DNA from: Zygnema circumcarinatum SAG 698-1b
Lineage: Eukaryota; Plantae; Zygnematophyceae
Length of the DNA: 64,000 nt
Direction: 5' to 3'
Assembly (NCBI GenBank): GCA_037447605.1
Contig: CM074804.1
Span: 7,045,909-7,109,908, forward strand
The translations under genes and the position numbers were made by a program. A model generated the notes under the pieces. It was given only the letters and a program-made list of their open reading frames with translations, did not search any database and was not told the origin of the DNA. Below, in pieces: positions 39,445 through 49,648 of this stretch (its first letter is position 1; every line of letters begins with the position of its first letter).

Positions 39445-39555
39445 TCAGGACTCTGCATGAATGCTCCATGGGAAAAAGGATGTGGCATTGATCTCAAGAT
39501 GGCGATGCCATCAAATGCACATGGACGAAGTCATAAAGGGAAACCACGAGGAACT
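39445..39555 (+). repeat. Short dispersed repeat, copy 2 (between NAC and ALKBH1)
   Basis: aaaggatgtggcattgatctcaagatggcgatgccatcaaatg...gaaaccacgaggaact is homologous to 23641-23764, differing by a 3-nt indel and substitutions. Confidence 0.75.
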
Positions 39556-40208
39556 TGTCCATGTGTTCCATGCCCTTTTTCCATTCCTCATGCACAGTAG
39601 TGATGCCATGGTTTGTAGAAATCAGAATGCATCCCAAGACCAGACACTTCACAGAGGATATCTGCTAATGCGTCGATGTCACAGTTTGGAGTGCAGGACT
39701 GCTCATGTTTTCTGGTAAAAGCTCTCTGTCTAGTTTCCTCACTGTCAAATATATCCAGTCATTGCACCCCGTAGGAATGACTGCTTTGACATGTCCATGA
39801 GTCCATCCAGTCCATGTCCATGCCCATCCGTCCGTCCATCCGTTTCAGAGCCTGCCCATACATCCGCTGCTATACTCCCAGACTGGTTGAACCCGGGCCA
39901 AAACAAGTTCCTCGTATTCATAACATCAAATTCTTCTAGTTGTAGGGATGTGTACCACTCGAGGTGAACAGGTCTGCACGATGAGAGGATAGATGTGCAT
40001 GGCCTCAGGCAACTTTGGCTCCCACGTCTTAATTCCCTAAAGAGGCACTACAGTGCGTTCACTAATTAAACACAAATGTGGTCCAGTGGCAATAATAAGG
40101 AAATTCTGATTGGAGACATGTGCGTGAACAAACACAGTCAAAGCAAGCTGACACCTGCAACCTCTACTGCTGGGAGCACTCATCCTCGACGGCCTAAAGT
40201 CTATTCTC

Positions 40209-43200
40209 TCAGTCCACTTCTCTCACATTGACATTGATGCGTGAGTTCCGCATGTAATGTGCGAATGGCTTGAATGCTGGTGTGGCCGTTTCTTCTTGGA
40301 GATGGCTCGGCACAGCTGCTCCATCCTCCGCAGTAAATATCCGCGGCACCGCTGTTCACCAGGAGATGTTCCAAAGGCAGATATAAGCTCATGGCGATAA
40401 AGGAGGGACTCTCTAATTAGTCTATGAGTTCGTTTGCAGTGCCAGGGTGACCTAAGCCCACCTGGTTGCACTCGTTACTATCTTTCCAGGCAAACAGTTC
40501 TCTCAGGAAAGCCTAACAATCTTGGGAGGAGTGGGAATACAGGACATAACAAACAACTCGGCCCGTCAAGCCCCATAAACCCTACAAACGAGACGCGCCT
40601 AGAAAGCGACCTGCTCCAACTTCTCATAACCGAGCATAACAATTCGTGACTAAAGCGTGACGAGGAGTAACAGGACCAATCTTGTACAAAAATCACAGTT
40701 TCAAACCAAGTCATTCTAGTTGCAGTGCGGATATGACATCAGCAGAGTACGGACATTGTATAAATAGTGCTGAGATCCTATCTAAAATGAAGAGGAAATA
40801 CGGCGGAGGGCGAATGGAGTACTGGTGAGGGATCCACGCACCATGATAGCACTCACGAGCCTGACCAGCCATAAGAATGACATCACCACTGCGGAGGTAC
40901 ATGGCAAGAGGCCATTCTTCACGGGTTGTTCCTCCGAGCAGAAAGACAGCCTCGCAGCCAAGACTGCATCCGGTGACACTAAAGTCAAATTTAGTCGTAT
41001 AGAGAAGAAAAAAAAAAGAAAGAAGCGTTTAATGAATGATGTGATCTGCCTCAAGATGGAAAATAAAAGCAACTCTTGCGATAAACTTGTAGGTTCCTGC
41101 AACGCAATGATCCTTCAAAAACTTGCATGTCAAACAGAGACACTGTTAACTGTACCATGATCGATAAAACGAAAGCACCACGGACGCGAACTAACATAAT
41201 TAATATGGGTTCGCCTTGCTTTCTTCCTCCAGCAAACCTGACTCCTTTAACTTATTGGTAGGATTCACATGCTCAATTAAATTCCTCGAGTGAACCCCAG
41301 ACCATTTCACTTTTGGAAAGTACATCCTTCCTCAGGTGAAACATCTGGATTTAAATCCTTAAGGGGAAGAGAATTGTCAAGACAGTGGCTCCGAGATAAG
41401 CAAAGGTCCAACCTCACCTGATGCTCACAATGGGCTTTGACCAGTCGATTTCCATATCGTCCACGTGGCCACCTAGCATGTCATCTGCAGCCTCCCAATT
41501 CAACACTTTATCGAGTCACTGGCCCTTCGGGATAGCCTCAGTGCTTCCTGTCTTTACCTCAGGCATTTACCTTTGCTCCATCAGCAGAAAGCTATAGCCA
41601 ATTCAAGCTTCATGGCCAACCTTCAGAAGCAGCGACTATCCAGGGTACAGGATTCCATGACACTCGTCCCGAGATGAAAACAATGGATTCGCTACCACGG
41701 GCACATACACAACCTTCAACCATTCTGCACATCCTGGACTTCAAGGAACTGCTCAGGCTTTGGCCGTACCCCAACATCACCACGAAACAGATCAGAACAG
41801 CATATAAACCGCGGGGCCTTTCCCACTGACAACCGAAGGGCTCATCAGTGTTGACCCAAACTAAATGACATTAGCCAACTTACCAGGGCCATAAAAGTTG
41901 ACGATTGCCGCCTGTGCATTGAAGCGCTTCAGTGGACCCAAAGCAGGCAGTGCCAGCTTGGCAGCCAGACCCGTTAAATCTCCCGGAAATGGGTTAAATG
42001 GGAGGTCAGGATCGTATGCTCTCTGCAGGACATCAGGCCCAATAAGACTTAACTTAGGCTCACCCACAGCGACATCTCCATCAATCCAGTCAATGGGCCT
42101 TCCACGACATTGCCTCTTCACATTAACGTAAACCATGCAGTCACAAATACCTTGAAGCAATTCTAGGGAGCAGTTTTCGCATCGATAGTGCCTCGTAGCA
42201 ATTACGGAACCTAAGGCATGGGGTAAGCACACATTTGTCAACTGCATTCACCTTTGACCAGTCAAACTGAATTCCCAAAGTCGCCCATCGGAGCTTCCGC
42301 AGAAGTGTCTGTGCAGAAACCATTCCTTCGTCTGAAGTATTTTCTTTATTGTGGCAATTGGTGGCATCCCCATTATTCAGAGGATTGGCCTTATTTGTTG
42401 GATACCGAGATGATGTTGTTGCCAGCCGCTGTCCACGAGCATCGTTGCCATCTTTTGCAGACTCCAGTAAAGAAGCTGTTCGAGATCCATCGACTTCTCG
42501 CAAGACAGGTGGTGAATCCTCCTCCAACTCGTCTTCCTCCCCAACCTGCGGGAGTAAGTTCAACAGCTTTAAGCAAAGCTTCACTTCGATTAAGTGCCAC
42601 TGCGAGTATAGGCACCATGGCAACATGGTGGACACTCTCTTATGCGAGGAGACGAAAGTGAGGCACTTTCCTCGCAGTGGCTGAGTAAAACGACTCACCG
42701 CCTTTACAGATCCCTCTGCAGCCCGAAGATGTTCCACAGAAGAGCGATCATCGCTGTGGTGAGTGTCATCCTGGTGTGGTTGGCATGTTCCACTTTTTTC
42801 CATGCGACTTGCCATCTTGGTCCCACTTTCTTGTTTATCACACGATCTTGCTCGGTCAGTTTGTGCAGCTTCCCAGAGACCATGAATTTGCCCCAAACTA
42901 GCAGTATGATTGGTTCGATTTGGAGGTGTCAAGTAGGCAGTGAGGCTTTCTTGAATAAGATGTTGTTGCTGCTGTGGCGTAAGGGCACTCGGCAGGAAAT
43001 AGAATCCTGTAGAACGTCAAGAAGAAAACAACGAATTGCCCATATTAGTCTACCAACAAGGACGCTTCTGAGCCATCGGCACGGACTGCGATAGTTACGA
43101 CCTTACAAAACAACTTCTGTTGCCATGTTCGCGTTCACGGCGAGCACAATACTTGTATATCCGAAATGTTTGGCCCGGCTACCCCTACATTCTCCACATC

Positions 43201-44367
43201 AAGAAAGAGCATGGGAGGTTCTGTGTTGTTTGCGTGCTCCGCTTGCAATTTTACAATCGAAATAATTCAGAGGAAGACCTAGCTTTTCCTATTCCCCGAC
43301 AATCAAGTTTGAACTGTTCCTATTCTCGTGTGCAAAGGACTCGGAATCTTCCCGTCTCACGAGCAATAAGGCATTAAACTAGCACTTGAGTCTGAGTGTC
43401 CAAAAGCACTTCCATACATGCAAAATTGCTTACTTTCCAGCTATGCTCAATCATTGTCACAGCGTCGTGCCTTACATTTCTGGTATCCAGTTGGTACAAT
43501 AGTCAAAGATGGCTTTGTTGAGAATGTGAAACAGCCCTCTATGAATTGTACGGCGTTCAAATATCAGTACTGTATACTAGAAAGCTAAACGATAAAGGTA
43601 GCTGATCATATTAGACATGCCTTGTCAATCCTACTTTGTATTTTGCATGCTAACAAAAACGAGATAGGTGTTCAGCAAAGATTAACAACCTGGTCGATCT
43701 GCAAGAATGAAGACGGGATTCTCGTAATCCCCTTGTAGACGACGAGCTCCATGTACAACCACGTCTGTGTCATTTCCAATTGACTTGGCAATCTCGTGAA
43801 AATCAAGTACGTCTGCTAAGTCTGTTACTGGAGCCACGCCCAGACTGCCCTGCGCCCAGAACTACGATAGCGATGAGGTCAATAAGGACGCAAGACACTC
43901 TAATGATCATACGAATAATCGCCAGGCTATTGCTCAGCAATTGACTCCGATAAGTCAAACATTGGTTTGCTCTACTTCTGTCGTCAATGATATCTTCTAA
44001 TGGTAAAACTCTACTAAAATAGCTTCTCTGCTCTACATGGAGCCAGCATATGTTAAGATGACCTTGAAAGGGACAAAACTTTGCCAAATCCGACTCTCCT
44101 GATTTCAAAGTTGACAGCAGCCCGTGAACCAAACCGATGCTAAAAAAATGGCTTCAGGAAAACTGCCCACCAAGATAAACAGTTTCAGCAAGTCTTTGCT
44201 AAAGGTGCAAGCATCGCAGCCTTTCTCCAACTTCCGCACCTGCCATGGCGATCTCTCCTCCTCCTCCTCGCGGACGTCCCCGCCTCCTTGTACCGCTTAT
44301 ACTTCTTCTCCGCCATCCGGAATGCGGTTCGAGCCTCACTCCCCTTCTGAGCCTCTTCGTACCCCAT
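40209..44367 (-). CDS. ALKBH1: AlkB-family 2-oxoglutarate/Fe(II) dioxygenase, ALKBH1-like (multi-exon)
   Basis: [14 protein letters not shown]|...TDLADVLDF...RPG|FYFLPSAL...PPNRTNH...[18 protein letters not shown]|RAYD...AAIVNFYG|[22 protein letters not shown]|[11 protein letters not shown]...[18 protein letters not shown]|AVPRIF...[11 protein letters not shown]. The HxD, distal H and RxxxxxR catalytic residues are present. Confidence 0.93.
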
Positions 44368-44796
44368 GCTCCTCACCCCACACTTGCAGCAAAGGATGCT
44401 TTTGCAGGATTTAGCTAATGCAGGCGGAGAAGCAGAAAAAATCCTTCCTCCTTGTCTGCAAGCAATCGTGCTTGCTTGCCGCAAATACATCTGCCATGAA
44501 TGAATAGCTGCTCAGCAGCTGCCGTCGTGATTTTCTGAATAAAGATTCAAAGGGGTAAGATTCAAGCGTCATACAGGTGTCCGCCCCGGGGCGCCGCCGT
44601 CCTTCCATAAAGTTTCTTGCGTCCCCAGCGTGAGATACCTCCTGTGCTTGAGGCGGCCTCCCCTGCAAGGCTCTTTTTGCTGCACCCATCACGGGACGGT
44701 TCTTAGAGCCTGGAGTTTGAAAACGTCATCTACGCTGCCAGATCATGATATCCACATCGCCTGCTCATCAAAAGAAAGCAAATTGAATCTGCTCTG

Positions 44797-46948
44797 ATGG
44801 CTTCCGCGGCCTCATTCTGCTTGTGCTTTATGCCCGCACCGTTGTTTACTGTGCACAATCAGTCTGGAAGTGTAAGCCTTGCCAGGATGATGGGGCACTT
44901 GCATCGAAATGCTCAAAAAGGCTTCCTGCCGACAGACGGAGTTGGATATGCTGCATATCAAGTGCGTGTGAGCCAGAGCACAGCAGAGAGCCGGACCGGA
45001 AGTGCAAGGAAGAGAAGGAACTTACTTGAGCTGGCAGAAGATCCAGCTAGTTCTCGAGTCTCACAATGTGAAATGCAAACAGAGGAGGTAAGAATCCACC
45101 CCTAACGCAATGATGAAATCATTTCGGACATAATCGATGGGCCCTTTTGTAAATTCTCTTAGTTCGTCTGGAGTCATCGGTAACTTTATTGAAGTACTTG
45201 TTAGGTTTTCCAGACACTCGCAGAAATGGGCAGATTTGGTGAAGCTTGACGAATGATTTTTTTTTTTGACACGTTTTATTGTCTCCCTGGTCCCATCTGT
45301 CAGTCGTCCACTTATTCATGTACCTTCTCATGAAATGATTTCTTCGCCGTCGATTTTTCAGCCCTCATTGAAACTCCTTTCTTATCCGTTTCTAACGCAG
45401 GGCAGTCAGAGTTCACTACCGACTCGTTTGACACTTTCGATAACTCCTGCCGCGGTCGACGTCTGATAGCCACATGTATGGCCGGCTCTATTTTCATTTT
45501 AGGAGGACTACTTCAAGAAGGAAGTTCGTGGTAAGAATACAGTCAACACACCAAATTGCTTTTCCAGTCTGTAGGAATGATTCCGTTTCAATTTTCCTTA
45601 TCCTTTTTGGCCATATCGTGGTGTTTCCTCCAAAACATTGTCATGGCTGGCTGTCCCAATTCTTGACGATGCTTTGAAAACATATATTTCAAAACTGTCT
45701 CAGGGCCGCAGCGGAAAACACGACGGTGAAATATTACACCAATCTTGATGATGCAAGGGAAGCAGGTGAGCGGCGGCGTGAAGAAAAGGAGCGGGAGCAA
45801 GGGCCAATTGTCACATTGCCATCTGGTGTCAAGTATGGTGCTAAACCCTCCGTGGGCCAAAGATAAGATCTGTCCTGTCTTCACATGATGTCAAGCCTCT
45901 CTCAGAAACACTTCACTTAGAAATGGTGATGACTTTTTTTGGATAGACGGGATATACCTTTGTTTTCTGAGTTTGTTGTGGGCTAGTATGCTCCAGGTAT
46001 GGCTTTGGTGATTGCAAGTATGCACAAGTCAGAAGGGGTCTTCATCCTGCGGGGTTGTGTTTCTTATCTCATTGGCAGATTCAGGGAGTTGTTAACAGGA
46101 CCGGGAAAAGGTGTGGAGCCAGGGGATGTGGTTTCTGTTGCTTACACTATTTATCGCTTTAATGGGTACGCGTTTGCTATTCGAGCCGGTCAAGTCTTTG
46201 TTGCTCGCGGAAGTGTTATTCTTTCAAGTCATTTTACTTTTGTGGGCTCAGTCATAGCCATGCGCACGTAGGGTCCTCAATCATCAGTTACAGCTATTAA
46301 GAATGAAAGAGTGGGAGTATAGAACTTGCGCTGCGGAGTACTCTGCGAGATGTGCAGAAATTGCTAGCACTAATCACTCATCGCTGGCACACAACTTGTC
46401 TAGCTTGTCTTTGTTTTGTCTTTGCAACACCTCCTAGACATGAGAAGGAATAGCTTGGTGCATGTGGGGAGCACTGAGGATGAAAGGCTGCGGTTTATCT
46501 GGTGATTTGCAGAGCCTATGTTGACTCGTTAGGTTATGGAAAGGAAGGGAAAGACGATGTAGGAGAGACCTTTGACTTCACGTATGGCTCCACAAAGGTA
46601 TTTTAGTCCACTAATTTGTGCCCCATGAGCATGCCTGCAATACCTTCCTTCCTTCGGGATTCCTTCCCCTCTTCAATCGAGAAAGTTATTGAGATATAGT
46701 ACCAGGCCATGCTCTGATGCTCTTGGATGCCTGACGTCCTGCAGGTGCCTCGGGCTTTAGAGTTAGGTCTGGAAGGAATGCGGGTGGGAGGGAGGAGGCG
46801 AATCCTGGTCCCTCCTAATCTTGGATGGCCGACTGCGGACATCAAGCCGTCTCCCACTACCAACGCCGCATTGCGCCGCTTCTCCAATGCAAGCGGGCAG
46901 CCATTGCTGTTTGAGTTGGAGGTAGTGAAGGCAAAAGCATTGAGATAG
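44797..46948 (+). CDS. FKBP-type peptidyl-prolyl isomerase, thylakoid lumen (bipartite transit peptide, 6 exons)
   Basis: A transit-like exon 1, then the Tat-like signal GRRLIATCMAGSIFILGGLLQEGSSWA-AAE. The FKBP core reads VTLPSGVK|FRELLTGPGKGVEPGDVVSVAYTIY|...|VPRALELGLEGMRVGGRRRILVPPNLGW...LLFELEVVK, with TAG ending at 46948. Confidence 0.88.
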
Positions 46949-47350
46949 AATGACCTGAAGTGTATATTTCCTCGGCAGTTTTTGTTCGTGTTAATGACCA
47001 TGAGAAGAACAGTAAGACAATCGACGCGTTTCGCGAAGAGTGCATTGCATTGCATCTGGAGAGCACGGCTAGTCATGTTTTCCCGGTGAGGAGTTTTCCA
47101 ATATCTGCTATGCAAGTTCATGTGATTCTCAACGTTTTGGTGAAGCATCACGGGCTTCACTTGGATCACCCACGTGCCTTTCAGATGAAGAACTTTATGG
47201 TGCGTGCTTCTGAAGGAAGCCCCAAGTGAACCCACCCATCATCACTCCACATAATGTCGCTCTGCGCTGCCCTGCTCTGCCTTTCCCCTTCCCTTTCCTT
47301 TTTCTTTCCCTTTTTGCCTTTGCCTTTCCCCCCCCCCCCCNNNNNNNNNN

Positions 47351-48642
47351 CCTGCGGGGTTGTGTTTCTTATCTCATTGGCAGATTCAGGGAGTTGTTAA
47401 CAGGACCGGGAAAAGGTGTGGAGCCAGGGGATGTGGTTTCTGTTGCTTACACTATTTATCGCTTTAATGGGTACGCGTTTGCTATTCGAGCCGGTCAAGT
47501 CTTTGTTGCTCGCGGAAGTGTTATTCTTTCAAGTCATTTTACTTTTGTGGGCTCAGTCATAGCCATGCGCACGTAGGGTCCTCAATCATCAGTTACAGCT
47601 ATTAAGAATGAAAGAGTGGGAGTATAGAACTTGCGCTGCGGAGTACTCTGCGAGATGTGCAGAAATTGCTAGCACTAATCACTCATCGCTGGCACACAAC
47701 TTGTCTAGCTTGTCTTTGTTTTGTCTTTGCAACACCTCCTAGACATGAGAAGGAATAGCTTGGTGCATGTGGGGAGCACTGAGGATGAAAGGCTGCGGTT
47801 TATCTGGTGATTTGCAGAGCCTATGTTGACTCGTTAGGTTATGGAAAGGAAGGGAAAGACGATGTAGGAGAGACCTTTGACTTCACGTATGGCTCCACAA
47901 AGGTATTTTAGTCCACTAATTTGTGCCCCATGAGCATGCCTGCAATACCTTCCTTCCTTCGGGATTCCTTCCCCTCTTCAATCGAGAAAGTTATTGAGAT
48001 ATAGTACCAGGCCATGCTCTGATGCTCTTGGATGCCTGACGTCCTGCAGGTGCCTCGGGCTTTAGAGTTAGGTCTGGAAGGAATGCGGGTGGGAGGGAGG
48101 AGGCGAATCCTGGTCCCTCCTAATCTTGGATGGCCGACTGCGGACATCAAGCCGTCTCCCACTACCAACGCCGCATTGCGCCGCTTCTCCAATGCAAGCG
48201 GGCAGCCATTGCTGTTTGAGTTGGAGGTAGTGAAGGCAAAAGCATTGAGATAGAATGACCTGAAGTGTATATTTCCTCGGCAGTTTTTGTTCGTGTTAAT
48301 GACCATGAGAAGAACAGTAAGACACGACGCGTTTCGCGAAGAGTGCATTGCATTGCATCTGGAGAGCACGGCTAGTCATGTTTTCCCGGTGAGGAGTTTT
48401 CCAATATCTGCTATGCAAGTTCATGTGATTCTCAACGTTTTGGTGAAGCATCACGGGCTTCACTTGGATCACCCACGTGCCTTTCAGATGAAGAACTTTA
48501 TGGTGCGTGCTTCTGAAGGAAGCCCCAAGTGAACCCACCCATCATCACTCCACATAATGTCGCTCTGCGCTGCCCTGCTCTGCCTTTCCCCTTCCCTTTC
48601 CTTTTTCTTTCCCTTTTTGCCTTTGCCTTTCCCCCCCCCCCC
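47351..48642 (+). repeat. Near-identical second copy of 46046-47340 (FKBP last three exons and 3' region); probable assembly false duplication
   Basis: Begins immediately after the N gap (47341-47350) with cctgcggggttg, as at 46046. Only a few small indels differ, and copy 1 ends in the poly(C) run that abuts the gap. Confidence 0.85.
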
Positions 48643-49648
48643 CTCCGGGCAGTTCGGCCCTCCCTCCACGTTCCCTCAGCGCCGCCCTCAAAGCGAACAG
48701 ACCGAACGACCGGCGGGCTTTTGCCGCTTGACGCGACGTGACACCAGAGTCTCACGCCAAATGGCGTCATTTTATGTTAGTCGTACACTTTCTGTCACTT
48801 TGTTCGACCGGTTGCAGACCCTCAACGTCACTTTCAGTTTCAGGCTTTTCGCCACTGTACGGCATGTTACCGCAACATAGAATCCCTTGTCGTTTTGCAG
48901 TCGTAACACGGTAGTCGAGGGAGGGGAGGGGGAAAGGGGAAGGGGAAGGGGAAGGGGAAGGGGAAGGGAAGGAAGCAGGGAGAGGTGGTGTCTGCAGGGG
49001 AGGCTGTCTGGAGAGGGAGGAGGCGCACTGGGGGCGGTAGGTGAACGCTCCTGCACTGCTGCTGACGCTTTTTTTCTGTGGTTCTTGCGCCTGCAGAGCT
49101 CCAGCTATGCGGAGCCTGTCTTGATTGCTGCCGGGGCTCGTTGCTGCTTCTGCTTCCTGTATTGCTTGCAAAGGGAGGACGTACTCTCACCATGGCTCCA
49201 TTGTGCATGTTTCCCCCCTTTTTTGTCCGTGCTCTGTGCAACATCTATAGCGGGACTTGTCCTGGAGGCAGTTCAAATTCTAAAGAGAAGTTGCAGGGTC
49301 ACTTTCAGCGATGCCGTTTCAGTGCAGTGCTGTATCACAGAAGAGATAGGAGAAGTGAAAGAGTGAAAGAGAGTGGGATCCTACTGCCATGGCACCTGAA
49401 ACTGCTCCGAAAACCTTGCACTACCTGCATACTCAAACCGGTTGCATACTCTTAAAACTCATGGCCGCTCTCCTTCCCCTAGCATCACTCAATTCCTTAT
49501 TTTTCAAAGGAACTCGTTCCTTTACCTGCAGATCAGTTTTTTCACTTCACAGCAGTCTCTGCCGTTCTTTCCTTTTCCCATTTTCCCCCTCCTGCCATCT
49601 CTCCCACTTGCCTTCTTCTACCCGCACACAGCAAACGCCAGTCCAGCC

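Noticed and set aside
11532-44367. MATE, PhzF, ABCG, NAC and AlkB as a biosynthetic gene cluster
   Set aside because: No scaffold-forming enzyme (PKS, terpene synthase, NRPS or similar) is present. The genes are interleaved with housekeeping genes, and the AlkB is a nucleic-acid-type ALKBH1.
48767-49455. Overlapping ORFs upstream of the RRM gene as a separate gene or conserved uORF
   Set aside because: No recognisable motif was found, and the ORFs run through purine-rich promoter or leader repeats.
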